A DNA stretch of 64,000 nt from Chthonomonadales bacterium (GTDB lineage: Bacteria; Armatimonadota; Chthonomonadetes; Chthonomonadales; CAJBBX01), in contig JBBIPC010000002.1 in NCBI GenBank assembly GCA_037443035.1, positions 64,001 through 128,000 on the forward strand. The letters run 5' to 3'. Below the pieces are notes generated by a model. That model searched no databases, was not told where the DNA came from, and worked only from the letters and a program-made list of their open reading frames with translations. Positions within the stretch are counted from its first letter, which is position 1, and each line of letters starts with the position of its first letter. The translations under genes and the position numbers were made by a program. Shown in pieces: positions 30,331 through 40,169 of the stretch.

Positions 30331-31449
30331 ATGCCTCTTCGAGCTGTGTGCGTCTTTGGAACGCGACCGGACGCCATCAAGATGGCGCCAGTCGTTCTCG
30401 AGCTTCGGTCGCATCCTGACCGGTGGAGCGTCCGAACCATCGTCACCGGCCAGCACCGGGAGCAGCTTGACCAGGTCTTGGAGGTGTTCGGCATCGCCCC
30501 TGACGTGGATCTGTCCATCATGCAGCACGGCCAGTCTCTTGCGGACATAACGACCCGCGCGTTGAGCGGTCTCGACCGTGCGCTCGGGCGGGAGGACGCG
30601 GACATTGTGCTGGCACAGGGCGATACAACGACAACGTTTGTCGCCGCTCTGGCCTCGTTCTATCACCGGATTCCATTTGGGCACGTGGAGGCTGGACTCC
30701 GCACGCAGGACATGTACGACCCGTTCCCCGAGGAGATGAACCGGCGCCTCGTGGGTTCTCTGGCATCTTTCCACTTCCCGCCAACCGAAAGGGCCCGGAA
30801 CAACCTGCTCCGCGAAGGTGTTCCCGACCAGCGTATCACTGTTACCGGCAACACGGGAATAGACGCTCTCCTCATTGTCGCGGAAGGCTTTGTCAAGATC
30901 GAGGATGCCCACCTCGCGACCTTGCTGCATTCGGAGCGCCCTATTGTCTTGATTACGGCCCATCGCCGTGAAAACTGGGGAGAACCACTGGCGCGCATCT
31001 GCCGTGCCATTGCGGTCCTAGCCGAGCGGTTTGTCGGCGCGGAGTTCGTGTTCGCCTGGCATAAGAACCCTATCGTTCGCGACACCGTCCGACGGGAACT
31101 TCCTGCGCGAAAGAACGTCCATCTGTTGGAGCCGCCCGCCTATGGACCATTCGTCAAGCTCATGAAGGCATCTACTCTCATCCTGACCGACTCCGGGGGC
31201 ATCCAGGAGGAAGCGCCCAGTCTCGGGGTACCGGTTCTTGTCATGCGGCAGACGACCGAGCGCCCCGAGGGGGTTGCGGCGGGCGTAGCACGATTGGTCG
31301 GCACCGACCCCGATACCATCGTCCAGGAGGCGACGACGCTTCTTACAGACGCTGAAGCACGGGAAGCCATGCGCAGCCGCTCGAATCCCTACGGGGATGG
31401 TCAGGCGGCGCGCCGGATCCGTCAGCGCCTCGAGGACGTCCTCGCATGA
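30331..31449 (+). CDS. wecB: UDP-N-acetylglucosamine 2-epimerase (non-hydrolysing)
   Basis: FGTRPDAIKMAP, QGDT, HVEAGLR, HRREN, TDSGGIQEE, NPYGDG. Confidence 0.95.
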   Translation: MPLRAVCVFGTRPDAIKMAPVVLELRSHPDRWSVRTIVTGQHREQLDQVLEVFGIAPDVDLSIMQHGQSLADITTRALSGLDRALGREDADIVLAQGDTTTTFVAALASFYHRIPFGHVEAGLRTQDMYDPFPEEMNRRLVGSLASFHFPPTERARNNLLREGVPDQRITVTGNTGIDALLIVAEGFVKIEDAHLATLLHSERPIVLITAHRRENWGEPLARICRAIAVLAERFVGAEFVFAWHKNPIVRDTVRRELPARKNVHLLEPPAYGPFVKLMKASTLILTDSGGIQEEAPSLGVPVLVMRQTTERPEGVAAGVARLVGTDPDTIVQEATTLLTDAEAREAMRSRSNPYGDGQAARRIRQRLEDVLA

Positions 31450-32657
31450 CCACGGCACCGCGCAATGCACCGGAACTATGGACGGCCGCGGTGACGCGCA
31501 TGCTGCTCCGGCTGGCCGTCTACATCATCATCGTCGTGGCGCTGTGGTACGTTCTCGGGCGCCTGAAGTCCCTTATTACAACGCTGTTCGTGGCCACGAT
31601 CCTCGCCTACATCATCCGGCCCCTGGCATGTTGGCTGGTTGCGAGACGCTTTTTCCGACGTCTGCACGGTGCCGTCGCAGCACCATTCATGGCATTGGTG
31701 CCGCCGCGTTCTCGGCCCTCTCATGGCATCCCCATTCGCGCATTGCGCGTCATCGCGTCCCTCTACGTCCTTGTCGCGCTCTTCGTAGGCGGCTGGTACT
31801 CGGCCAAGTACTTGATCAGTCCGTTCACCACGGAAATCCGGAACGTCCAGGAAAACTGGGAAGACTACCGCGCCAGCCTCCAGCGGATCGAACGGCAGGC
31901 GCGTGAGTGGTACACGCAGCAGATCAAGCCGGAGTACCGCCGGTGGCTCGAGAAGCAGTTCAGCGGAGCGGCAGGAGGGAGCATGGTTGGAGATGGCGCC
32001 ACGGCATGGCTGGGCCTGGGCATCAAGCGGACTGGTACCTATGTGATGTTCGTGGTGGACCTTGTGCTGATCCCGGTTCTGGCGTTCTACTTCGCGGTCG
32101 AGAGTCGCCAGTTGAAACATGACTTCGTAGGACTTCTACCCCGCAGGCGACGCCGTGCCGCCTTGCGACTGATTGCCGACTTCAATGCTATCATGTTCAG
32201 CTTCGTTGTATGTCAGGCGGTCCTGTGCCTCATCGCGGGTGTCGTGGTAGGTGTAGGCCTGGCGGCTCTGGGCGTACCGTACCCAGTATCCCTGGGAGTG
32301 CTGGCGGGACTCACGAGGGCCATACCGATCATCGGACCGATCTTCGGCGGGATACCCATTGTCCTGCTTGCCCTCGCCACCAAGGGCTTAGCCGTGGCTG
32401 TGGGCGTGCTGATCTTCTTCAGCATCCTGCATTTCGTCGAGAGCAAGTTCATCATGCCGCTCATGATCGGCGATCGCCTGGAGCTGCACCCGGTAGTCAT
32501 CATCGTGGTACTCCTGATCGGTGAGGAGTTCGGCGGACTGCTAGGCATGTTCTTCGCAGCCCCGGTTGCCGCACTGATTCGCGTAGCGCTCCAGCGGTAC
32601 TGGTTACCTAGGGCGCAGGGCGCAGCAGACGAGACCTCGCACGTATGTAGTGAGTAG
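31446..32657 (+). CDS. AI-2E family transporter
   Basis: IPIIGP, LHPVVII...FGGLLGMFFAAP. Confidence 0.88.
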   Translation: MTTAPRNAPELWTAAVTRMLLRLAVYIIIVVALWYVLGRLKSLITTLFVATILAYIIRPLACWLVARRFFRRLHGAVAAPFMALVPPRSRPSHGIPIRALRVIASLYVLVALFVGGWYSAKYLISPFTTEIRNVQENWEDYRASLQRIERQAREWYTQQIKPEYRRWLEKQFSGAAGGSMVGDGATAWLGLGIKRTGTYVMFVVDLVLIPVLAFYFAVESRQLKHDFVGLLPRRRRRAALRLIADFNAIMFSFVVCQAVLCLIAGVVVGVGLAALGVPYPVSLGVLAGLTRAIPIIGPIFGGIPIVLLALATKGLAVAVGVLIFFSILHFVESKFIMPLMIGDRLELHPVVIIVVLLIGEEFGGLLGMFFAAPVAALIRVALQRYWLPRAQGAADETSHVCSE

Positions 32658-32720
32658 TGGCGGCGCGGTATACTAACTGCTTCGGACTGCAGTAACTAGA
32701 CGTGTACGAAAGGTGACGGT

Positions 32721-35126
32721 GTGGACGAACCCATAACAACCGAGCAAGAACTTACCCTGCGGGACTATGTGAACGTACTCATCAGGCGGCGCTATAGCGT
32801 GCTCCTGACGTTTGTGGCTGTCTGCGCCTTGGCCGCTGGGTACACGTGGTTTTCCCGGCCTGTGTACCGAGCTGCATTTCGCATCATTGTCCGGAGCGAA
32901 CGCGGCGTAAGGCGCGGCATGGATCTCACGCTGGATACACTCTTCGACCTCAACGCGAGTCGGGACGTGCAGACGCAGATGCAGGTGCTGCAGGGTGCGG
33001 TTCTGCGCGAACAAGTGCGCAAGCAGGCCGGTCTGCCCGAGGGCTCCGTCCGTATGACCGTTCAGCAAATCGGAGACACGGACGCCGTCGATATCTGGGT
33101 GGAGTCCACGAATCGCGAACATGCCGTGCGCTTTGCGAAAACGCTACCTGGGGTGTACCAGAAATACGTCATGGATACGCGCAATAACGCGGTGACACGA
33201 GCCAAGGACTTTGTGTCGAAGCGTCTGGACGAAGAGCGCGCCAAGCTTACGGCAGCAGAGCAGGTCCTGACTTCTTTCCGTCGGCAAGCGAAGGTTGTGG
33301 ATACATCCGCAGAGGGCCAACAGAGCCTATCCTCGTACGCGTCTCTCCAGGGCCGACTGCAGCAAACTGAAGCAGACCTTGCTGGTTCGGAGGCGAAACT
33401 GGCCGACATGCTCCGACTGCGGCAGTCCCTCCCCCAGTTCGTCGAGAAGCCGAGTACAGTGACGAATCAGGCCGAGCGTGCGCTACTTCAAGATCGGATC
33501 ACCGTACTCGAGAATCAGAGAGCGGGGCTTCTGGTGGACTACAAGCCAACCCATCCACGTGTGCTTGCTCTGGACGCGCAGATCAGCGAGTACAAGCAGC
33601 GCCTGGCGAACATACCAGCAACGGTCACTACCGTTACCCGCGACGTCAATCCCGCGATTGCCGAATTGGACGACAAGATCGCGGGTGTTCGAGGCGAAAT
33701 CGCCGCAGCCAAAGTTACGCGCGCTCTGCTCCAGGCGCAGTTGCGCGCTGCGAGAACAGGCATGAGCCGGGTCGCGTCACTGGAGATCGAGGAAGCCCCT
33801 CTGCAGCGCAATGTGGATAGCGCTAGGGAGATGGTCCGGACCCTAACCGGCTATCAGCAGGAGCTCAGCCTGCGTGCTGAATCGGTGGAGAACCCGCTCG
33901 AGGTCGTGACACCTCCGCCGGACACCGCCCGCCAGGTCTTTCCACGTCCGATGGTGAACATGGCCCTGGCCGTTCTGCTCGGACTGATGCTCGGATTGGG
34001 TATCGCCGCCTTGCAGGAGTACTTCGATGACCGCATCAACGCTGGCGACGAGATGCGGAGACTGCTGGGAGCACCTGTCCTCGCAGCCGTCTCGCACATC
34101 GAGGAACCGGAGGCGAGGCTGATCCATGGCAAGCGGCGCGACTCGCAGCTTGTGGAGACATTCCGGATGCTCCGGACCGGCGTCAAGTTCGCTACAGTAG
34201 ATGCTCCAGCCACTTCGCTAGTAGTCACTAGCGCCTTCCCAGGAGAGGGCAAGTCTCTGGTCGCCACTAATCTCGCTACATCACTCGCGCTGAGTGGTGT
34301 CAACGTAATACTCGTAGACACGGACCTGCGCCGGCCCTCCCTGCACGACAAGTTCGACATCAGCCGGGAACCAGGTCTGACGACGGTGCTCATCGACCCC
34401 GACAAGCTGGACGAGGCGCTTCAGGACGTGGGGGTTCCTGGCCTTCGCGTGCTGACGGCGGGTCCGCTTCCTCCGAACCCTCCTGAGCTGCTGGGATCCC
34501 ACGCCATGCGCAACCTTCAGGCGCGCCTGAGCAAGCTGGCAGACGTGGTCATCTACGACTCGCCACCGGTGATGGTAGCGGTGGATGGCCTTGTGCTGTC
34601 CGCCGAAGCTAGCGGAGTGGTGGCCGTTGCCGACCTGGAGCGAGCGCGCAAGTCGGAAGTTCACCGACTGAGCGAGCTGCTGCATCAGGTGAACGCGAAG
34701 CTGTTGGGCGTTGTCCTGAACAAGGTGCCTGTCCAGCGCCGGAGACCTTATGGGTACCGCTACGGCAAGTACGGCTATGGATACGGCAAGTACGGGTACG
34801 GGTATGGCAAGTACGGCTACGGCTACGGCAGCTACGGATATGGGTACGGCTACGGATACGGGTATGGCTACGGCTATGGATACGGCTATGGATACGAGCC
34901 CAAACTCGAAGACGAGAAGAAGGACGGTAGCTACCGTGCGCGGTTCGAGGCCTTGCCCCATCAGCGAGATGACGATCAGCGTGAAGAGCCTGCTCTGCCA
35001 GGGAACGGTGGCAGTCATGGCAGCCAGGAAGACGGAGCGAACCAGAACTCGAACATGAGCGAAACCGCCGGATCGGCGGACAGCCCCAAGGAGCAAGGTG
35101 AGGGTGATAATGCGCAAGCGGCTTGA
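32721..35126 (+). CDS. wzc: Polysaccharide co-polymerase / tyrosine autokinase (Wzc-like)
   Basis: Two TMs flanking a coiled coil; ETFRMLRT, GEGKS, DTDLRRP, YDSPP; Tyr-rich tail. Confidence 0.92.
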   Translation: MDEPITTEQELTLRDYVNVLIRRRYSVLLTFVAVCALAAGYTWFSRPVYRAAFRIIVRSERGVRRGMDLTLDTLFDLNASRDVQTQMQVLQGAVLREQVRKQAGLPEGSVRMTVQQIGDTDAVDIWVESTNREHAVRFAKTLPGVYQKYVMDTRNNAVTRAKDFVSKRLDEERAKLTAAEQVLTSFRRQAKVVDTSAEGQQSLSSYASLQGRLQQTEADLAGSEAKLADMLRLRQSLPQFVEKPSTVTNQAERALLQDRITVLENQRAGLLVDYKPTHPRVLALDAQISEYKQRLANIPATVTTVTRDVNPAIAELDDKIAGVRGEIAAAKVTRALLQAQLRAARTGMSRVASLEIEEAPLQRNVDSAREMVRTLTGYQQELSLRAESVENPLEVVTPPPDTARQVFPRPMVNMALAVLLGLMLGLGIAALQEYFDDRINAGDEMRRLLGAPVLAAVSHIEEPEARLIHGKRRDSQLVETFRMLRTGVKFATVDAPATSLVVTSAFPGEGKSLVATNLATSLALSGVNVILVDTDLRRPSLHDKFDISREPGLTTVLIDPDKLDEALQDVGVPGLRVLTAGPLPPNPPELLGSHAMRNLQARLSKLADVVIYDSPPVMVAVDGLVLSAEASGVVAVADLERARKSEVHRLSELLHQVNAKLLGVVLNKVPVQRRRPYGYRYGKYGYGYGKYGYGYGKYGYGYGSYGYGYGYGYGYGYGYGYGYGYEPKLEDEKKDGSYRARFEALPHQRDDDQREEPALPGNGGSHGSQEDGANQNSNMSETAGSADSPKEQGEGDNAQAA
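34749..34895 (+). repeat. (Gly-Tyr)n coding repeat, 23 Tyr in 49 codons
   Basis: TAY-GGN hexamers; YGYGYGK x2, YGYGYGS, then 11 alternating Tyr. Confidence 0.95.
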
Positions 35127-36285
35127 GACCGTTCTGCTGGGCTTGTCTTGGCTCGTGGTTGCGAGCCTAGTGGCACGCGCGCAGAACACTGCCAGACAGG
35201 CGGATTACGTGCTAGGACCCGATGACGTCATCGAGGTCACGGTGGCAGATCACCCTGAGCTCTCCAAGACGCTGCAGATCATGCCAGATGGCAAGATAGC
35301 GTTCCCCGAGATTGGCGAGCTGCGGGCCGCAGGGAAAACGCCGGCGGCGCTTGCCGCCGATATCAAGGCGGCGCTCGAGAAGCATCGCAACAATGTGAAC
35401 GTTGTCGTGGCAGTCGTGACACCGAAGTCCCAGCGCGTGCGCGTCGTCGGAGCCGTGAAGATGCCCGGAGTCTATGACTTCAGGCGCGGCATGCGTGCCC
35501 TCGACCTCATCGCTCTCGCAGGCGGGCTTACGGCGCGTCCGGCACGGGTACGGGCGAGAGTCCTCAGTACCGATGGGTCCGTCCGCGAAATCAACGTCGC
35601 TGAAGCCATCGAACGCCCAGGCGGCGACGAGAATCCGCCGCTTGCCATAGACGACCTGTTGCTTCTGGATGAAATGGATCCCCTGATGAACAAGGCGTAT
35701 GTGCTTGGGCGCGTCAGTAGGCCCGGTGCCTACGACCTTGGTGATGAAGGCAGGACTCTGCTGTCGGTTCTAGCGGAGGCTGGCAATCCGACCGAGGATG
35801 CGGCGCTGACGCGCTGCACGATCATTCGTGGCAGCTCAGAAATGATCGTGGACCTACTTCCGACGCTCGTGCAGGGCAAGACGGATGATCCGGCTCGCAC
35901 CGTCATGCTGAAGCCCGGCGACATGGTATTCGTTCCCCGCAACGAGGCGCTTGTATCCGTCATGGGCTCAGTGGTGAAGGCCGGTCAGTACCCCCTGAGC
36001 GAGGACAAGCCGACGAACCTCATGGACGTGCTGGGTCTTGCAGGCGGTCCATCGTCGGCAGCCAACCCGCGCGAGGTGAGCATCATTCGGATGGTGAATG
36101 GGCAACCGTCCGTCATCCGCGTCAACTTGGACGAGATAGTGAAGAAGCGGAACTTCGCGGCCAATGTTCCCATGCAGAAGGGTGACATCGTTTTCGTACC
36201 AGCGAAAGGCGCACCCGCGTTCAAGATCACTGATATCGTCGCCCCGTTCAGTGCGCTCTATTATCTCACGCGGATCGGTCAGTAG
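35110..36285 (+). CDS. Polysaccharide export protein (OPX/Wza-like, multiple SLBB domains)
   Basis: YVLGPDDVI...PDGKIAFPEIG; three V.G.V..PG.Y-like repeats. Confidence 0.88.
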   Translation: MRKRLETVLLGLSWLVVASLVARAQNTARQADYVLGPDDVIEVTVADHPELSKTLQIMPDGKIAFPEIGELRAAGKTPAALAADIKAALEKHRNNVNVVVAVVTPKSQRVRVVGAVKMPGVYDFRRGMRALDLIALAGGLTARPARVRARVLSTDGSVREINVAEAIERPGGDENPPLAIDDLLLLDEMDPLMNKAYVLGRVSRPGAYDLGDEGRTLLSVLAEAGNPTEDAALTRCTIIRGSSEMIVDLLPTLVQGKTDDPARTVMLKPGDMVFVPRNEALVSVMGSVVKAGQYPLSEDKPTNLMDVLGLAGGPSSAANPREVSIIRMVNGQPSVIRVNLDEIVKKRNFAANVPMQKGDIVFVPAKGAPAFKITDIVAPFSALYYLTRIGQ

Positions 36286-36343
36286 AGCCGGATCGGCAGG
36301 ACATGCCGTCAGACCTATCCATCGCATGGGAGGATAGCGCTGT

Positions 36344-37216
36344 GTGAAGGGGATCGTACTCGCAGGCGGCACAGGTTCACGGCTGTACCCGCTGACGTTG
36401 GCCGTCTCCAAGCAGCTCCTGCCGATCTACGATAAGCCGATGATCTACTATCCGCTTGCCACCCTCATGCAGGCGGGTATTCGTGACTTCTTGATCATCT
36501 CGACCCCTCAGGACCTACCCCTGTACCAGCGACTCCTCGGCGACGGCTCCCAATTCGGCGTGTGTTTTCAGTACGCAGCCCAGCCTCAGCCCGAAGGACT
36601 CGCCCAGGCTTTTCTCATCGGGCGCGATTTCGTCGCTGGTGGCCCGGCGGCGCTCATCCTGGGCGACAACCTGTTCTATGGCCAGGGCATTCCTGAACAG
36701 ACGGCTGCGGCTGCGGCGCGCCAAGAAGGGGCGACCATCTTCGGCTATCGCGTGCGCGATGCGCATCGGTACGGTGTCGTCGAATTCGACTCCGAAGGCA
36801 AGGCCATCTCACTGGAGGAGAAGCCTCCGAAGCCCCGTTCGGATTACGCCGTCGTCGGCCTCTATTTCTACGATCACCGCGTGACCGATATCGCCGCTTC
36901 CATCCGTCCATCCGCGAGGGGCGAACTCGAGATTACCGACGTCAACAGGACCTATCTCGAGATGGGTCTCTTGCATGTGGAGAAGCTGGGGCGCGGCACG
37001 GCGTGGCTGGACACAGGCACTCATGCCTCCCTCCTGCAGGCCAGCGCTTTCGTTGAGGCCATCGAAGCGCGTCAGGGTCTGAAGATCGCATGCCTCGAGG
37101 AAATCGCATTCGATCTGGGCTACATTACGGCCGAGGACGTGCTTCGTCAGGCCGACCGCCTCGGCCACACCGAGTACGCAGCCTACCTGCGGCGTCTGAT
37201 CGCCGAGCGGGGCTGA
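36344..37216 (+). CDS. rfbA: Glucose-1-phosphate thymidylyltransferase
   Basis: [41 protein letters not shown]. Confidence 0.96.
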   Translation: MKGIVLAGGTGSRLYPLTLAVSKQLLPIYDKPMIYYPLATLMQAGIRDFLIISTPQDLPLYQRLLGDGSQFGVCFQYAAQPQPEGLAQAFLIGRDFVAGGPAALILGDNLFYGQGIPEQTAAAAARQEGATIFGYRVRDAHRYGVVEFDSEGKAISLEEKPPKPRSDYAVVGLYFYDHRVTDIAASIRPSARGELEITDVNRTYLEMGLLHVEKLGRGTAWLDTGTHASLLQASAFVEAIEARQGLKIACLEEIAFDLGYITAEDVLRQADRLGHTEYAAYLRRLIAERG

Positions 37217-37220
37217 TGCG

Positions 37221-38021
37221 GTGTCATCCCCACCGTCCAATCCCACTGATCCGGTGGCGTTGCCTGCTGCGCACGATCCCAACGGCCCCACGGTCGTGGT
37301 GGTGCCGACACTCGACGAGGCCCCCAATATCCGTGATCTCGTGTGCCGCGTGACCGCAGCCGCTCCGGACGTCCATATTCTCGTGGTGGACGACGACTCT
37401 ACAGACGGTACTGCGGAGCTGGCTGAACAGGCATTCGGCGGACGAACCGGACATCGCGTCCTCAGACGCACCGGTCCGAAGGGCCTCGGTCATGCCTATG
37501 CCGAAGCCTTTGCTCTAGCCCTGGCGGCAGGGTACGAGAATGTGATCCAGATGGACGCAGATCTCTCCCATGATCCGGCGGCAATCCCCTCCTTGCGCGA
37601 AGGTCTGCGACATGCCCACTTGGTCATTGGCTCGCGCTACTGTCCGGGTGGCGGCATTTGCGGATGGGCGCCCCACCGAGTCTGGCTGAGCCGCTTCGCC
37701 AACCTCTATGCGCGAACGATCACTGGACTGGGAGTTGCGGACATCACGGCAGGTTACCGGGCGTGGCGCGCCGAAGCACTGCGAAGGATCGGCGTGGAGA
37801 ACATCCGGTCCGGTGGATACAGCATCCAGGTGGAGACAACGGTGCGCGCCTTCTGCGCCGGACTCCGTATCCAGGAAGTACCCATTGTCTTCACGGACCG
37901 ACGACGAGGCACATCGAAGATGAACCTCCGTGTTCTGCTCGAGTCGGTCCTCATGCCGTGGAAACTGCGAGCATACATCAAGCGACAACAGAGGGAGGAA
38001 CGATGGCGCCGATCCTCGTGA
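37221..38021 (+). CDS. GT2 polyprenol monophosphomannose synthase-like
   Basis: [39 protein letters not shown]. Confidence 0.88.
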   Translation: MSSPPSNPTDPVALPAAHDPNGPTVVVVPTLDEAPNIRDLVCRVTAAAPDVHILVVDDDSTDGTAELAEQAFGGRTGHRVLRRTGPKGLGHAYAEAFALALAAGYENVIQMDADLSHDPAAIPSLREGLRHAHLVIGSRYCPGGGICGWAPHRVWLSRFANLYARTITGLGVADITAGYRAWRAEALRRIGVENIRSGGYSIQVETTVRAFCAGLRIQEVPIVFTDRRRGTSKMNLRVLLESVLMPWKLRAYIKRQQREERWRRSS

Positions 38022-39013
38022 CCGGAGCCGCTGGCTTCATTGGGTTTCATACAAGCAATGCGTTGCTCGAGCGTGGCGACGCAGTTGTAGGCGTGGACAA
38101 CCTCAACCCGTATTACGAGGTGTCTTTGAAGGAGGCACGGCTGTCTCTATTGGAGCGTAAGCCGGGGTTCCGGTTCGTGCGCACCGACGTGGCCGACTTG
38201 CAGGCCATGGAACGAGTTTTCGACGAGGCCAAGCCTCGGGCGGTCATCCACCTGGCAGCTCAGGCTGGGGTCCGGTACTCGCTGCAAAATCCCCATGCCT
38301 ACGTCAGCAGCAACCTCGTCGGCTTCATGAACATCCTGGAATGCTGCCGCCATGCCAGCGTCGAGCATCTCGTATATGCCTCGTCCAGCTCGGTATACGG
38401 CGCCAACACGCGCATGCCGTTCTCGGTTCATCACAACGTGGACCACCCCGTCAGCCTCTACGCCGCCACGAAAAAGGCAAACGAGCTCATGGCACATACG
38501 TACAGCCACCTCTATGGCCTGCCCACGACAGGACTCCGCTTTTTCACGGTCTACGGGCCATGGGGGCGGCCTGACATGGCGCTTTTCCTCTTCACTCGCG
38601 CCATTCTCGAAGACAGGCCCATAGATCTCTACAACGAAGGGCGCATGAGGCGGGACTTCACGTATATTGACGACATCGTCGAGGGCGTCTTGCGTACGCT
38701 GGATCGTGTGCCCCAGGGAGACCCGGTTTGGAGTGGTGACCACCCCGATCCAGGTACCAGCCGCGCTCCGTATCGCGTGTACAATATCGGTAACAACCAG
38801 CCAGTCGAGCTTATGGAGTTCGTCGCGGCCCTCGAGGACGCTCTAGGCAAGAAAGCCCAGAAGCGGCTCTTGCCGATGCAACCTGGTGACGTCCCTGCCA
38901 CTTGGGCCGACGTAGACGACCTTATGCGTGATACCGGCTTCCGACCGTCCACTCCCATCGGCGAGGGTATCCGGCGGTTCGTCGCATGGTACCGGGAGTA
39001 TTACGGCGTCTAG
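38003..39013 (+). CDS. NAD-dependent epimerase (UDP-glucuronate 4-epimerase-like)
   Basis: [36 protein letters not shown]. Confidence 0.92.
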   Translation: MAPILVTGAAGFIGFHTSNALLERGDAVVGVDNLNPYYEVSLKEARLSLLERKPGFRFVRTDVADLQAMERVFDEAKPRAVIHLAAQAGVRYSLQNPHAYVSSNLVGFMNILECCRHASVEHLVYASSSSVYGANTRMPFSVHHNVDHPVSLYAATKKANELMAHTYSHLYGLPTTGLRFFTVYGPWGRPDMALFLFTRAILEDRPIDLYNEGRMRRDFTYIDDIVEGVLRTLDRVPQGDPVWSGDHPDPGTSRAPYRVYNIGNNQPVELMEFVAALEDALGKKAQKRLLPMQPGDVPATWADVDDLMRDTGFRPSTPIGEGIRRFVAWYREYYGV

Positions 39014-39062
39014 GTCTCTGCGTCAGATCCAGCGCGGACGGATGTGGAAGGAGGATTGCCAC

Positions 39063-40169
39063 TTGACCGAGCGCGAGCGGTTCCATGCGTGTATGCGGTA
39101 CGAACCCGTGGATGTCGTGCCTCACTGGACGTGGGGCGGGTGGCCAGAAACCATCGAGCGATGGAAGACGGAGGGGTACGACCCTTCCCGCGACGCCATT
39201 GCCCAGGGTGCTTCGGCAGTTCACTGGATCGGTCACTGGTTCTTTCCGCATCCACCTTTCGGGCGACAGGTCATCGAGGAGGACAGTGAGCACATCCTCT
39301 ATGTCAACCACGAGGGCATCCTCATGCGGGAAATGAAGAACAACCCCTACAGCTCGATGCCGCAGTTCGTCAAGTTTCCCGTGACCAACAGAGAGGAGTT
39401 CCGCGCATTCTGGAAGGAACGCATGCGCCCCGACCCTGAGCAAAGAATCGGTCCGAATTGGCGACAGGCTCTCCTGGATCTTCGGGATTCCCAGATTCCC
39501 GTCATCGTCATCTCCGACCGATGGGGCGGGTTCTTCGGACCGCTCCGCAACCTTGTCGGAGTGGAGGCACTTTGCACGCTCTTCTACGACGATCCTGCGT
39601 TCGTGGAGGAGATGATGGACGCGGATGCCGATTTCATTATTGCCATGATGGATCGGATCCTCGAAGTCGCTCCCGTAGACGCTTTCGCATTCTGGGAGGA
39701 CATGGCATACAAGACTGGCCCGCTCCTCACTCCCAAGCTTGCCCGCAAGTTCATGCTTCCCCGATATCGCCGTGTAGTCCAGTTCCTCCGCAGCAGGGGG
39801 GTCGAATGGATCGGTCTCGACAGCGATGGTCGCATCGATAGCCTGATACCAATCTGGCTGGACGCGGGTCTGAATTATCTGTATCCTTTCGAAGTCCAGG
39901 CGGGGATGGACGTCGTCGCTATTCGGCGTACGTACGGCCGCGACCTCAGGATATGGGGTGGAGTTGACAAGCGAGCTGTAGCAGCAGGACCTGCAGCCAT
40001 CGAACGGGAACTGGCGCGCGTGCGACCCCTGATCGAAGAAGGCGGATACATACCAATGCTGGATCACTCGTGCCCACCAGACATCTCGTGGCAGAACTAC
40101 ACCTACTACATGCGACGCCTGCGCGAAGTCTGCGAGGTGCGCAGTCCGCACGAAGGAGAACGACAATGA
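39063..40169 (+). CDS. Uroporphyrinogen decarboxylase-like (UroD/MtaA superfamily) protein
   Basis: TERERF start after a GGAGGA RBS; WEDMAYK, DSDG, GGVDKR, GGYIPMLDH. Confidence 0.8.
   Translation: MTERERFHACMRYEPVDVVPHWTWGGWPETIERWKTEGYDPSRDAIAQGASAVHWIGHWFFPHPPFGRQVIEEDSEHILYVNHEGILMREMKNNPYSSMPQFVKFPVTNREEFRAFWKERMRPDPEQRIGPNWRQALLDLRDSQIPVIVISDRWGGFFGPLRNLVGVEALCTLFYDDPAFVEEMMDADADFIIAMMDRILEVAPVDAFAFWEDMAYKTGPLLTPKLARKFMLPRYRRVVQFLRSRGVEWIGLDSDGRIDSLIPIWLDAGLNYLYPFEVQAGMDVVAIRRTYGRDLRIWGGVDKRAVAAGPAAIERELARVRPLIEEGGYIPMLDHSCPPDISWQNYTYYMRRLREVCEVRSPHEGERQ

Noticed and set aside
34749..34895. GY repeat as a CRISPR array or contingency microsatellite
   Set aside because: No spacers; in-frame, synonymously varied codons indicate a protein repeat
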